Shown piece after piece: positions 20,281 to 31,029 of a stretch of 64,000 nt of DNA (its first letter is position 1; each line of letters opens with the position of its first letter). The notes below the pieces were generated by a model that was given only the letters and a program-made list of their open reading frames with translations, was not told the origin of the DNA and made no database searches. A program made the translations under genes and the position numbers. Origin of the DNA: Candidatus Brocadiia bacterium (lineage in GTDB: Bacteria > Planctomycetota > Brocadiia > SM23-32). The stretch covers positions 1-64,000 of the forward strand of contig JBKHIT010000014.1 of NCBI GenBank assembly GCA_046538485.1. The letters run 5' to 3'.

Positions 20281-21021
20281 ATGGAAAAACAGAATCGAGG
20301 ATTTACGCTTATTGAACTGCTCGTTGTGATCGCGATCATTGCGATCCTGGCGGCGATGCTTATGCCGGCGCTTGAACGGGCGCGGGAAGCGGCGCGACGT
20401 GCCGCTTGCATCAGCAACCTGCACCAGATCCATCTCGCTTTTCAGTTCTATGGAGAGGATTACAACGGAGAAGCACCCTACTGCCCGCATTTCGACGGTA
20501 GTCTGGGCTCAGCCGCCTGCCAGGCCACACACGTGGACGGATACCCGACAGGATGGCAAACGGTGATTGAGGAGGACTACGTTGACCTCGCCGTAATGGA
20601 ATGCCCGAGTCAGGGCTGGGAACCGAACATGGGCGGCGGGGATCCTGGACTTCACTACTTCTTCCGCTACAACAGCAACCGGGTGCTCAACTATTTCGAT
20701 TCGGCCACTTATATGTCGCGGTGCTATGATCCCCCAAACTGCGCGGGACTGAAAGATGTCCACGGACGTGTCCTTTTCCAGACATCTCGGAGCAGTCGTA
20801 TATTGCTCGGCGACGCCGTCAACTGTCGGCGCGCCGGTAGTGACCGGCATATTGTGACCGAAAATAACGGGTACTATGCCCGGGAATGGGCCCACAGAGA
20901 CGGAGGCCATGTCACGCTTCATAATGGCTCAACACAGTGGTTGCAGAATCACTACATGGACTATCCGCAACACTGGTACTTTGGCGGCAATTTTGCAAAC
21001 TACGATACTTACCTGGACTAG
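20281..21021 (+). CDS. Prepilin-type N-terminal cleavage/methylation protein (DUF1559/SBP_bac_10-like)
   Basis: [45 protein letters not shown]-terminal H-X9-NG. AAGGAGG lies 9 nt before ATG 20281. Confidence 0.92.
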   Translation: MEKQNRGFTLIELLVVIAIIAILAAMLMPALERAREAARRAACISNLHQIHLAFQFYGEDYNGEAPYCPHFDGSLGSAACQATHVDGYPTGWQTVIEEDYVDLAVMECPSQGWEPNMGGGDPGLHYFFRYNSNRVLNYFDSATYMSRCYDPPNCAGLKDVHGRVLFQTSRSSRILLGDAVNCRRAGSDRHIVTENNGYYAREWAHRDGGHVTLHNGSTQWLQNHYMDYPQHWYFGGNFANYDTYLD

Positions 21022-21054
21022 CTAATTGGATAGGCCACAAACAGGAGGGAAGAT

Positions 21055-22050
21055 TTGGATTTTCACAGAGCCTGCTGGTTGCATCGGTTCCCGGACTCGC
21101 CCGATGGTATCAAGACCATCGTCGAACGCCTATCTAAGGCAGAATTCGATCTTCTGATCCCCTGCGTGAAACAACCGAATGGGATCTGTGATTTCCATAC
21201 GGAAGTCGGGAATACCAACGATACGTTCCGGGACTTCGATCCTCTTATGATCCTGGCGGAGGAATCAGCTCCGACCGGTCTGTCAGTTCATGCCTGGTGC
21301 TGCGTTTTTCCTGAAGGAGACCACAGCGCGCTTCTCGAATCCCGTCCCGAATTTTCCGCTATCCCCGGCGATGAATGGGAACTGGGCGAGCCGCAGTTCC
21401 GCTGGGCGTGTCCCAACCGACCGGAAGTTCGAGACTACGAGGCCGCTATCTATCAGGAACTGATCGATCGATACCCCATCGAGGGGGTTCATCTGGACTA
21501 CATCCGCTACAGCCAGGGCCTGTGTTTCTGCCCGCACTGTCGCGAGGATTACGCCGAGAAAGTCGGGGGTAATCTCGAGGATCTGGGAGTCTTTGACTGG
21601 AATGATCCGGATGCCGACGACATGGATCGGTGGATCCGCTGGCGTTGCGGGGTCATTACCCGGTTCGTGCAGCGCATTCGCGAGGCGGCCAATGCGAAGG
21701 ATAAAGAACTCTCTGCCGCCGTCTTCTCCCATTATCCCGGGACTCTCCAGGAAATCGGGCAGGACTGGGAATCATGGGTCCGGGAGGAATTGCTTGATTA
21801 CGTCTTTCCGATGAATTACTCATACAGCACTGAGATCGCTTCGAAGTGGGCTCGCAACCATATCAGCACGCTCGCCGGAGCCTCCGAGGATTGTCGTTTG
21901 TGGGAAGGTCTCCATCGGCATGCCAGCTACGATACGCCGCGTTTCATCCAACACGTCGAAGAGGTTCTGGAAACCGGAGTCGACGGCATAGTGATTTTCG
22001 AATACCCGAACATAACGGACCCGGATTTGAAAGCATTACAGGAGCTTTAG
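21055..22050 (+). CDS. Glycosyl hydrolase-like 10 (GHL10/DUF187) protein
   Basis: Motifs [32 protein letters not shown] and PMNY. TTG start after GGAGG. Confidence 0.85.
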   Translation: MDFHRACWLHRFPDSPDGIKTIVERLSKAEFDLLIPCVKQPNGICDFHTEVGNTNDTFRDFDPLMILAEESAPTGLSVHAWCCVFPEGDHSALLESRPEFSAIPGDEWELGEPQFRWACPNRPEVRDYEAAIYQELIDRYPIEGVHLDYIRYSQGLCFCPHCREDYAEKVGGNLEDLGVFDWNDPDADDMDRWIRWRCGVITRFVQRIREAANAKDKELSAAVFSHYPGTLQEIGQDWESWVREELLDYVFPMNYSYSTEIASKWARNHISTLAGASEDCRLWEGLHRHASYDTPRFIQHVEEVLETGVDGIVIFEYPNITDPDLKALQEL

Positions 22051-22055
22051 AAACC

Positions 22056-22958
22056 ATGACCGGGAGGACAGAAGGATTTACGCTTATAGAATTGCTCGTT
22101 GTGATCGCGATCATCGCCATCCTGGCAGCGATGCTCATGCCGGCGCTGGAGGCGGCGCGTGAACAGGCGAATCGCGCCGTCTGCCTCAACAATCAGCGTC
22201 AGCTCTATCTTGCTGCCGTCTTATATGCCGGCGATTACAATGGTTTTCTCCCCCAATCCGGTCACCCAGCAGGGGGAAACAATATCAGTTTCTCGCAGCT
22301 CGGCAAACTCTCGACCAATGTTTATGTTGCCGAGTACGTTGGCATGCAGCTTTACTCGAATGTGCGTCAGTTTGGAGGGGAACCTCTGGATACCGTTTAT
22401 GGCGCGGATACGGTACGCTGGTACACCCCCGATTTGCGCGGGCTGCTGTCGTGTCCGGGATCCCAATTGGCCCAGAGCGGAAGCTGGAAGGCCTGGGACC
22501 AGGAATTCGACTACTGGCTGACCGGATTCGGCGCGGGGACGACCGATGCATCCCGGGAAAAACTTCCGAATAACGGCCACAGTCGGTTGGTGAAAGCTGC
22601 CAGGGCTTATGAGGGGACGCCAAAGGCTTTTATTATCGACAACCTCTGGCTCCGTGAGATGTGGCATGCGACGTATCTGTATCACTACGCCACCGGCCAC
22701 AGTCCCGGTGATCCAGTGGGCGTTAACGTCATTGCTGGAGACGGTTCCGGTCAATGGACGGAAGATATATATCAGGTCAACAGTTGGCTGGGTACAAAAG
22801 CAGCGCCGCTGGGTTATATCACGCAACAGTACTGGCATTACTGGGTTAATTCCGATTTTGAACAGTGCGTGGTCGGTACCGCCGACGGTGTCAATCATCT
22901 CTATAAAACTCCGTATAATCCAGAGGAGTATTATATGTGGCGAAACGAGTGGTATTGA
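22056..22958 (+). CDS. Second prepilin-type N-terminal cleavage/methylation protein (DUF1559-like)
   Basis: [40 protein letters not shown]-terminal [17 protein letters not shown] 22056 follows GGAG. Confidence 0.92.
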   Translation: MTGRTEGFTLIELLVVIAIIAILAAMLMPALEAAREQANRAVCLNNQRQLYLAAVLYAGDYNGFLPQSGHPAGGNNISFSQLGKLSTNVYVAEYVGMQLYSNVRQFGGEPLDTVYGADTVRWYTPDLRGLLSCPGSQLAQSGSWKAWDQEFDYWLTGFGAGTTDASREKLPNNGHSRLVKAARAYEGTPKAFIIDNLWLREMWHATYLYHYATGHSPGDPVGVNVIAGDGSGQWTEDIYQVNSWLGTKAAPLGYITQQYWHYWVNSDFEQCVVGTADGVNHLYKTPYNPEEYYMWRNEWY

Positions 22959-23045
22959 GCTTCGCCTTTCGATCAGTGCTGAACGGGCAGAAACGACGTT
23001 TCCAATTTTTTAATCGACGCGCAACGTTACAGAAAGACACCGCGA

Positions 23046-26000
23046 ATGAAGACATGTACAAGGCAGACGGAGACAACGGAGGAGCCGGTGTCCTCGTGGT
23101 TCTGGCTGACCGCGCTGAAAGTCGCCGTGGCGATAAGCGGCATGCTCCTTGTGGCGCCGGTCGGTCGGGCGCAGGAAAGCGTGACTCTGGAACTGGACCG
23201 GTCTCAGACGGCGGTGTTGGATCCGGTGCACTGGGACGAGGTCATGGCCGGGGAACGGTACTTCGACGCGGTGCGCGCCATGCTGGTGCGGTTCCCCGGA
23301 GCGGCGCAGAAGATTCACGCCCGGCTCCAGGATGGCTACGAGATTGAGAAGGCCGAACTGGTGCTGCAGTGGGAGGACCAGGAAGGGTCCCGTCCTCAGC
23401 GTGGCCGTTCAGGCTGGGGCGCCGATGAGCAGTATGAGAACAACCCGGGGAAGTGGCATGTCATCGCCCGGTTGCTGCGGCGGCCCTGGAGCACCGAGGA
23501 TCCGGACCTCGGGCCCACTTTCAACGCGTATGTCAGGGGGCTGGGTTTCTGGAGGCGTGGAGGTGCCCGAGGCGATGGTGCCGACCGGTTTGCCAAGATT
23601 TTCGGTCCCGAGCCACTGCATCCGAAAGAAGAACCGGCCGAAGAGCAGGGGGCCGGAGCCGCTCCCTCCGTCGATGATGCTCTGGACGAGGACGAGGGGA
23701 TGGCCGACGGGGAGGACTTGCTCCCCCAGGACGAGCCTCCGCCACCGATGGCGCGTCTGGATGTGACAGAGACCCTGGTGAATCCGGCCTACGGTGAGGG
23801 GATGGGGGAGCGTCTGCGCCGAGTGGCGGAGTGCGGATTTCAGGTGCACAAGAAGGAAATCCGCGACATGTCCTACCGCCGCTTCTGGGCCTACGACTGG
23901 GCGGTGAACATCGGTTACATGCGGATCTGGATCAAGCAGCCCCGACTGGTTGTCACGCTGCGCAAAGCACCGGATGCCACCTGCGAACCCCTGCCGCCCG
24001 CCGCGGACGTGACGGAGCTGGCGGAGGAGTTGCGGGCCGAGGGCGGGCGGGGGAAACCGAGCGTCTACTACTTGGAGAACCTGCCCGAACGCGCCGCCAG
24101 CCACTGGCAGCAGCCCGAGGGGATGCCCGACTGGCAGTGGGAGCGGATCGGCGACCTGCGCGCGCTGCACCGCGATCCGCACGCGACGCAACTTGCCCTG
24201 GGACGGAGTTTCAACTGGTATTCACTTTTCGCCGGGGACCGGGAGGCCTACATGAGCGCCATGCGGGAACTCCTGCGGATGCCCCCACGCACCTGGCACG
24301 GACACCTCAGTTCGGATTTTGCACTGCTTCCTTCTGCTTACGGTGATCTGTTGTCGGAAGGCGTAATGGACCATCTTAAGCTTTACTGGAAGGCCTGGCT
24401 CCACCCGGAGGTTGAGCGGGGTTCCGGCCGGGCGGGCGAGAAAAACATCGGCGGCGGACGCCACCGCGGCGGGCCCACCTATTTCCGCGGGTATTCCGAC
24501 GGCGGCGGGACGATGAACTTCGGGCATAACGCGGTGATGGGAGCACTGCTGGGATCCCAGGTCATCGACGCTGAATATCCCCTGGAGGATGCGCGGCAGG
24601 GGCTCAATCGTCTTCTCCTCGGTCGCAATGGCCTCCGATCCGGCGCCCACCAGGAGATCGGCGACACCTACTACCAGGCGCTCTCGCTGGCTTCGCCCAC
24701 AGCCATTGCTCATTTTGCCGAATCACCCACCGACCGACTCAAGGCACGCATCCACCGGGACCAGCTCCTGGAGGCCCTGATCTCAATGTACCACCCGGGT
24801 ACCCGCCGGCTGACTCATCCGATGGGGCGAGGCCACTTCAAGTATCACCTCCTGCTTCAGGAGGGTCCCTACCACGCCCTGCACACCCTCTCCCGGGAGG
24901 GAACCCTGATCCACCTGGAAGATCTGGATGAGGATCGCACCCGTCCACCTGCCACCTGGGGAAAGGTGCATGGGCTCTCAATCCTGGGCAACGAGGCCCC
25001 GCCGATGCGCGTGGCCGTGCTCAGTCCCTGGATGGAACCTTATCTGGCCGATCCCATCTCCGCGGTCCTCGATGAGAAGACGTATCCGTGGACCGTCCAC
25101 GCACGCGACTACTCGCCTGGATGCCGCGGCGGCGGCTGGCACGTCAACTACCTGAACGATCACTATGCGCTGGCGTCCCGCGACAACGCCAACAAAAACT
25201 ATGGCGTCACCTCCGTGATCGCCCAGTGGCGCCGCCGGCCCGAGCAGGTTCAGGATCTTAATGACAGCGGTCACATGTTGCCGGATTTCAGCAGCAATGA
25301 CCGCTTCACCAAAAGTGCGCTGAGCATGGCCGAGTTCGGCATCGTGCAGCACAACAACAAGATGATCGCCATGAAGCGGCTGCCCAAAACGGAGAGCATC
25401 GAGCGAAATGCCGACGGAAAACCGATTCTCTCCCTGCACACCTCCGCTCTGTTGCTGGCCTTCGGCGATACCTCTGAACGACAGGTGTGGATCAACGATG
25501 AACTGGCTGAAGAGGTTTCCGGTGCGCGCGAGGTTCCGGAAGGGGGATGGCAGAACCGCATCCGATCCGCCGGTGCCCGTGTGAGGGCTTCCGACGGTGA
25601 CGTCATCACTATCCGCGACGGGGTCACCTATCTGGGCCTTATCCCCGTGACCGCCAATGCCATGAGCCGCCGCCGCGAGGTGGAAATCGCCTTCGAGCCA
25701 CCGATTATGCTCATCCATAGTTACATCTACGACATGGGCCCCAAGGTTATCCGGGATGGCGTGGCCGACCTTTCCGCCGATCATGTTCTGACTGCGGAGG
25801 AGGGGACGGACGACATGGAGGAGGTCGCCGGCTTGCTGGATGAGGGGGACGAAAAGGATGCCCGACCGGCTCCCCTGGACCTGAACACATTGCAGTCACT
25901 GAAGGATGCCCCCACTGCCGGTTTCGTCGTCGAGATGGGTGATGCGACACAGTACGAGTCCTTCGAGGCCTTCCGCCGCCACATGAACGAGGTGGCTCTG

Positions 26001-26561
26001 GAGACTTCCTGGAACGAGGAGAAGCACTATCTGGACCTGCGCTACGAGAGTGGCGAGGACGTGCTGGAGATGTCCTACGATCCCCGCGCTTATCCCGCCA
26101 AAAAACGTTCCATCAACGGGAAGTGGCCCTACCTCCCCCAGAAAATTATGCGCGAGTCGAACTGGGCGATCCAGGGGCGCACCGGCGAACTTGAGAAAAA
26201 CGGCGCCCGCCTGACCACCGCCGATGACCGGCACGCCTATCTGCTTGCCTCACCGGTCTCCGATCTCTATGTCGCTTATAATCCCACCCCGCACCGGCAG
26301 CCCTGGCGTCTGACCCTGCCCGAAGGGGCGGAGCTGCGGACCGATGGTGAGGTCGGCCTTCTGCGCGTGGCCGTCCGCCGAGAGGTTAACGGTGTCTGGG
26401 TCGATCACGTGAACGAAGAGGAGGCGGAGCAGTCCGGCGGTGCAAAGGGGTTGATGCTGTTCGGTTTTGCCGAACGTCCCGACGTTGAACTGAACGGCCG
26501 CTCCGTCCAGCCGGAAACCAGGATGATCGACGGGCGCGAGGCCTACTACGTCCCGTTCTAA
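23046..26561 (+). CDS. Large secreted hypothetical protein (1171 aa)
   Basis: Long ORF with strong GC3 bias, signal-peptide-like ...VAPVGRA-QE and two acidic low-complexity loops. No family recognised. Confidence 0.85.
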   Translation: MKTCTRQTETTEEPVSSWFWLTALKVAVAISGMLLVAPVGRAQESVTLELDRSQTAVLDPVHWDEVMAGERYFDAVRAMLVRFPGAAQKIHARLQDGYEIEKAELVLQWEDQEGSRPQRGRSGWGADEQYENNPGKWHVIARLLRRPWSTEDPDLGPTFNAYVRGLGFWRRGGARGDGADRFAKIFGPEPLHPKEEPAEEQGAGAAPSVDDALDEDEGMADGEDLLPQDEPPPPMARLDVTETLVNPAYGEGMGERLRRVAECGFQVHKKEIRDMSYRRFWAYDWAVNIGYMRIWIKQPRLVVTLRKAPDATCEPLPPAADVTELAEELRAEGGRGKPSVYYLENLPERAASHWQQPEGMPDWQWERIGDLRALHRDPHATQLALGRSFNWYSLFAGDREAYMSAMRELLRMPPRTWHGHLSSDFALLPSAYGDLLSEGVMDHLKLYWKAWLHPEVERGSGRAGEKNIGGGRHRGGPTYFRGYSDGGGTMNFGHNAVMGALLGSQVIDAEYPLEDARQGLNRLLLGRNGLRSGAHQEIGDTYYQALSLASPTAIAHFAESPTDRLKARIHRDQLLEALISMYHPGTRRLTHPMGRGHFKYHLLLQEGPYHALHTLSREGTLIHLEDLDEDRTRPPATWGKVHGLSILGNEAPPMRVAVLSPWMEPYLADPISAVLDEKTYPWTVHARDYSPGCRGGGWHVNYLNDHYALASRDNANKNYGVTSVIAQWRRRPEQVQDLNDSGHMLPDFSSNDRFTKSALSMAEFGIVQHNNKMIAMKRLPKTESIERNADGKPILSLHTSALLLAFGDTSERQVWINDELAEEVSGAREVPEGGWQNRIRSAGARVRASDGDVITIRDGVTYLGLIPVTANAMSRRREVEIAFEPPIMLIHSYIYDMGPKVIRDGVADLSADHVLTAEEGTDDMEEVAGLLDEGDEKDARPAPLDLNTLQSLKDAPTAGFVVEMGDATQYESFEAFRRHMNEVALETSWNEEKHYLDLRYESGEDVLEMSYDPRAYPAKKRSINGKWPYLPQKIMRESNWAIQGRTGELEKNGARLTTADDRHAYLLASPVSDLYVAYNPTPHRQPWRLTLPEGAELRTDGEVGLLRVAVRREVNGVWVDHVNEEEAEQSGGAKGLMLFGFAERPDVELNGRSVQPETRMIDGREAYYVPF

Positions 26562-26828
26562 GTCCACGTGTTTGTTCCTCGGTGACGCGTGGAATGCCCG
26601 GTGGTGCGGTTTTCCTGTAGGCTCCAATCCCGTTTCAGTTTCAGCGAACCGCGGTGGAGTCGACGGTCATCTCGGCGCAGTGATGCTGCTGTTCCCAGCG
26701 TTTATCTTCCAGGCGGAGCTTCTTTTTCTCCCGGCCGTGGGTGTCCAGGTCGCCGTCGATGGCGACAGGAATTTCGGGATAGCGAGAGACAAATCCGTCG
26801 ATTGCGCGAAACTTCGGGTCACATTGCC

Positions 26829-27140
26829 ATGTCGGAACACATGGTCCCGGCGGCGAGCCGTCTGGTGGTAAATTGCGAAGGTGATCCGGTCACTCTCGGT
26901 TTTTTCCTTGATCCAGAGGATCAGTTGCACATACTGATGGTGAACGGAAGCCCCTGTAAATGGTCGCGGGTTAACCTGAAGGTGAATGTTGATGATGAGA
27001 AATTGTTTTATTTCGATGCCCAGCAGGAACAAGTTCGGGAGCTATGGCCGAGAAATCCCCGCAACCAGCTTGTCTCTCTTGCGCCGGGAGAGGGTCGTCT
27101 TTTCCGTGTCGGCGGCACGGGGGAAGGGCCGAATTTCTGA
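26829..27140 (+). pseudogene. Probable orphan C-terminal beta-domain fragment of a glycosidase-like protein
   Basis: VTLGFF..LHILMVNG..LVSLAPGEGRLFRV is a typical C-terminal all-beta GH module ending. The upstream sequence is unrelated. Confidence 0.4.
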
Positions 27141-27218
27141 CCGCAACGTCTCATTCCCCGGAGCCTCCACGAGGCTCTGTCTGAAAATAGGCATCTGAAT
27201 TAGAACGGAAGAAATTTT

Positions 27219-28103
27219 ATGTTCATTGACATGCACGTTCATGTGTCGGAAAAACCGGAGACCCCTCGTTGCGGACAAAAGTGTTTTTCGACTCCAGAAC
27301 ATTTGATCCAGCGTTACGATGAAGTCGAGATTGAGAAGGGGGTGCTCCAGCCTCTGGTGAGTCCGGAAACGTACCTTCCGCAGTCGAATGAGGAGATACT
27401 GGCGATTTGTGAACGTTACCCTGATCGTTTTATACCGTTTTGTAATGTCGACCCGCGGGTGGCGACAGATGTCCCGCGGGTTTCCATCGCCGAGATTCTT
27501 GAGTATTACGCCGAGAAGGGGTGTTTTGGTGTCGGTGAGGTGACTGCGAATTTGAGCTTTCTGGACAGGAAAATGGACGATCTCTTTTCGGCTGCCGAGA
27601 ATCTTGGGATGCCGCTTTGTTTTCATATCGCGGCCCAACCTGAGAATACTTATGGGATATACGATGAACCCGGTCTCCCGGGTCTTCAGCGGGCGCTGCA
27701 GTCTCACCCGGATCTGGTATTTCTGGGCCACTCCCAGCCGTTTTGGGCTGAAATGGCGGCTCTCCGTCTGCCCGGTGACCGCTATGGTTACCCGCAATAT
27801 CCTGTGGATGAGGAAGGTGTGGTGCCGGAGATGATGCGGCGTTACCCCAATCTCTACGGGGATCTCTCGGCGGGTAGCGGTCATAACGCACTGGCCCGGG
27901 ACCTTGATTACGCGGTGGATTTTATTGAGGAATTTCAGGACCGACTTGTCTTCGCGACGGACATCTGTGCGCCCGATACCGGGACCCCGCTCGTAGATTT
28001 ATTGTGCAATTTGAGGGATGAAAACCGTATTAGTGAGGAAGTATTTGACAAGATTGCTCGTGAAAACGCCATTAAGTTATTGGAGCTTGAATCCGATGAG
28101 TGA
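27219..28103 (+). CDS. Amidohydrolase_2 family protein
   Basis: Motifs IDMHVH, GVGE, CFHI, FLGHSQ, YGDLSAGSG and FATD. Confidence 0.88.
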   Translation: MFIDMHVHVSEKPETPRCGQKCFSTPEHLIQRYDEVEIEKGVLQPLVSPETYLPQSNEEILAICERYPDRFIPFCNVDPRVATDVPRVSIAEILEYYAEKGCFGVGEVTANLSFLDRKMDDLFSAAENLGMPLCFHIAAQPENTYGIYDEPGLPGLQRALQSHPDLVFLGHSQPFWAEMAALRLPGDRYGYPQYPVDEEGVVPEMMRRYPNLYGDLSAGSGHNALARDLDYAVDFIEEFQDRLVFATDICAPDTGTPLVDLLCNLRDENRISEEVFDKIARENAIKLLELESDE

Positions 28104-29448
28104 ATCCACAGAGGCAAAGGTTATGGATGTTGAAAAGGAAGAACTTGCGCTTTTCGGTGGACCGAAGGCGGTGGATATCGATCCAGAGGATATTTTTACC
28201 TGGCCGATCGTCACAGATGAAGACCGCGAGGCGGTCCTTGATGTTCTGAATCGAGGGGCGATGAGTGGCACCGACGTTACAAAGGAATTCGAGAAAGATT
28301 TTGCCGACTGGATCGGTTCGGAGTATGCCCTCGCTCATCCCAACGGCACCGCCGCCCTGAAAGCCGCCATGTGGGCCTGTGGGGTGAGAGCCGGGGACGA
28401 GATCATCTGCCCCAGCATTACCTATTGGGCCAGCGCGGTGCCGGCGCTTTCGCTGGGAGCAACCGTCAATTTCGCCGATATCGATCCCGAGACTTTGTGT
28501 ATTGATCCGGATGATATCGAGCACAGAATCGGCCCGAAAACCAGAGCCATTGTGGTTGTGCATTACTGTGGTTATCCGGCCGAGATGGATCCTATTCTGG
28601 ACATCGCGTCCCGCCACGATATCAGGGTCATCGAGGACAATTCCCATGCGCACGGTTCGCTCTACCACGGTAAAATGTGCGGAACGATGGGTGATATCGG
28701 GGCCATGAGCCTGATGAGCGGGAAAAGCCTGCCGATCGGGGAAGGGGGTATGATGGTGACAGATGACCGGGAGCTTTATGAGCGCTGTGTGGCCTGGGGG
28801 CACTACGAACGGACCGGCGCGCCTTCGAATTACAATCCGCCTGACAAACAGGTTGAAGATGAAGAACTGAGTCGTTTCGCCGGAGTGGCAATGGGCGGTG
28901 TAAAAAACCGGTTGAATCAAATGGCGTCGGCGATGGGACGCGTCCAGATGAAAAACTATCCGGAACGCATGGCCGAGATACAGAAAGCCATGAATCGTTT
29001 CTGGGACTTGCTGGAGGACGTGCCCGGTATGCGAGCCCATCGTTCTCCGAAGGATTCCGGTTCAACGATGGGTGGATGGTATCACTCTCGCGGTATTTAC
29101 CACGGGGAGGAACTGGGCGGACTTCCCTGCGAGCGGTTCTGCGAGGCCGTGCGCGCCGAAGGAATTAATAACTGTTATCCGGGGGCGAACTTTCCGCTTC
29201 ACACCCACGAGGTATTCCATTCCGCCGATCTTTTTGGCACGGGGAAACCGACGGCTCTTTCTTTCGGTGCACGGGATGTGCGACAGGGCGAGGGGACACT
29301 GCCTGTGGCGGAACGAATCGGCGAACTGTGTTTTGGGATCCCCTGGTTCAAACACGATCGCCCCGAGCAGATTGAGAAATACGCGAATGCTTACAGAAAA
29401 GTGGCCGCCCAGGCCGATCGTCTGCGCGAAACCGAAGATGACGAATAG
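28096..29448 (+). CDS. DegT/DnrJ/EryC1/StrS PLP-dependent aminotransferase
   Basis: Motifs NGTAAL, GDEII, VVHYCG, EDNSHAHG and SLMSGKSLPIGEGG (PLP Lys). ATG 28096 overlaps the upstream stop. Confidence 0.93.
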   Translation: MSESTEAKVMDVEKEELALFGGPKAVDIDPEDIFTWPIVTDEDREAVLDVLNRGAMSGTDVTKEFEKDFADWIGSEYALAHPNGTAALKAAMWACGVRAGDEIICPSITYWASAVPALSLGATVNFADIDPETLCIDPDDIEHRIGPKTRAIVVVHYCGYPAEMDPILDIASRHDIRVIEDNSHAHGSLYHGKMCGTMGDIGAMSLMSGKSLPIGEGGMMVTDDRELYERCVAWGHYERTGAPSNYNPPDKQVEDEELSRFAGVAMGGVKNRLNQMASAMGRVQMKNYPERMAEIQKAMNRFWDLLEDVPGMRAHRSPKDSGSTMGGWYHSRGIYHGEELGGLPCERFCEAVRAEGINNCYPGANFPLHTHEVFHSADLFGTGKPTALSFGARDVRQGEGTLPVAERIGELCFGIPWFKHDRPEQIEKYANAYRKVAAQADRLRETEDDE

Positions 29449-29599
29449 TATTTGCGGGGAATGTCTCGTGGTGCAAAACGCACCAAAAATCAACGAGTCC
29501 CTTTGGTCTCTTCCGTCCCTTCTCCCCGCCACCCACCGCCGGGGGGAGCCGCCGCTGGTCGTTCTGCTATTTTGTTGCGAGATCTGAGGGTTTATGGAC

Positions 29600-29641
29600 C
29601 GCGTTCTGAACTACAGCCTCCGGCTGAAGTCCAGTCCGCTC
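29600..29641 (+). repeat. REP-like family B copy
   Basis: cgcgttctgaactacagcctccggctgaagtccagtccgctc, one mismatch to 5126-5167. Confidence 0.88.
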
Positions 29642-29993
29642 GCGGGGATTGAGGCGGACAAACAATAACAGCCTTGGGGTGAAAAGCCGCTTCTTCAGGC
29701 TAAACCACCTTCTCATCAGTTCTCAGAGCCGGATTTTTGGCTGAGAAGGGTTATGAACGGTGTTCCATAAAGATTCTACTCTGATTTGGCAAGAATGGCT
29801 TCCAATTATCCGTAAAATCCGGGCTAGCGTGTCCGGGATAAGCGCGGGCCAGCTCGGGGGTGGACCTCACTTCTGTCCAATCCATGAAATCTTCGCCGGC
29901 GTTGAGAAAAGGTTGTGTGGCCATTGGAAAACCGGCTGACAGCGAAAAGACGATTTTATTCATGAAAAAGAGGTCAGATCGAATTGCAAAAGC

Positions 29994-30022
29994 TTGACGC
30001 GTCCCACCGTGGCGAATATGGT
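29994..30022 (+). promoter_or_regulatory. Putative sigma70 promoter
   Basis: TTGACG-17 bp-TATGGT, about 50 nt upstream of ATG 30072. Confidence 0.45.
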
Positions 30023-30071
30023 CGTTTGATGAGCGAGGAGCTAGCGAAATGCCTCTGAGGAGGGCCACAGT

Positions 30072-30759
30072 ATGAATCAACAGCTCGATGTGCGGCGGAA
30101 TCGCTCTTTCGTTTTGTTGTCTGTTTTCTTTCTGCTGGGGGCCATCAGCTTCGGCGTCGCCGGGGAAAACGAAACCAATCCTGCCGGACATAACGCTCCG
30201 CTCAGAGCAATCGCTTACAGTCCGGACGGAGAGATGCTCGCAACGGCCGGCGAAACCGGGATTGTTAAATTATGGGACGTCCTCAGCGGCGAACTGAAGC
30301 AAAATCTCACCGGACATCAATTCTACGTCGACGATCTGGCTTTCAGCCCGGACGGAATATCCGTATCAGTCTCCGAACGGCGATGATCGGTTAATGTTGT
30401 TCATTGATCCGGCTTTTGAGCGCGCGCATAAACGGTTTTATGGGGCTCAGATTGGAGCGAAAGGTCTTGTCTGGTCGGCGCGTCACTGGCTGGGCGGAGA
30501 TGTGGGGAGCGGGCCGATTTACGCAACGGCGGGACGGGAGGGGAAAGCCTGGACGCTTGAGGTGCGGATCCCCTGGCAGACCCTTCTGCGGGACAAAATC
30601 AACCAGAGGTATTTACCCCGACCCAAATCCGGGGACCGCATGGGTCTGAACATCGCCCGCAGCCGCTGTCAGTTGCCGTTTGAGAGATCGCTGTGGGCCG
30701 AAACATACAGCTGGGTGGCGTGGCTGCCCTGGCGGTGGGGGATCCTGCGACTGGAGTGA
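30072..30759 (+). pseudogene. Disrupted secreted WD40 + CBM9-like gene (out-of-frame junction near 30353)
   Basis: Signal peptide and about 1.5 WD40 repeats (GH..AIAYSPDG..VKLWD, GHQFYVDDLAFSPDG). Another frame then reads EYPYQSPNGDDRLMLFIDP..WTLEVRIPW..GDRMGLNIAR (CBM9-like). Confidence 0.7.
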
Positions 30760-30815
30760 CGGGGATGGACGGCTCTACTGACACAAGGTCGTACCTGTTT
30801 AGCCCAGAGATACCG

Positions 30816-30899
30816 CTTCAAGGGTCATTGCGAGTCCATCGCGAGATGGGCAAAGCAATCTCGCCGTTCTGCCGGCCCAACAGCGAGATTGCCGCGGCG
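30816..30899 (+). repeat. Repeat family F copy 2
   Basis: Matches 924-1007. Confidence 0.85.
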
Positions 30900-31029
30900 A
30901 ACATAGTTCGCGCGGCCCGCCGGCACATCGCTTGAACCGTTACCCCCGGCTCCCCCGCCGGGCCGGGATCGCCCGGGGCTACGTCTGAATCGGCCCTGCG
31001 GGCCTTTTTTGGAACGGCAAACGATACGC

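Noticed and set aside
21846..22055. N-terminal extension of the second pilin-like ORF
   Set aside because: It overlaps the GHL10 gene. The prepilin motif needs the short leader from ATG 22056.
20281..22958. Diversity-generating retroelement targeting the pilin-like genes
   Set aside because: The shared segment is the conserved N-terminus, differences are not adenine-specific, and no reverse transcriptase is present.
30992..31010. Intrinsic terminator GGCCC-TGC-GGGCC-T6
   Set aside because: The stem is only 5 bp and is part of an element-A-like REP unit (30940-31005). It is possible but not supportable.
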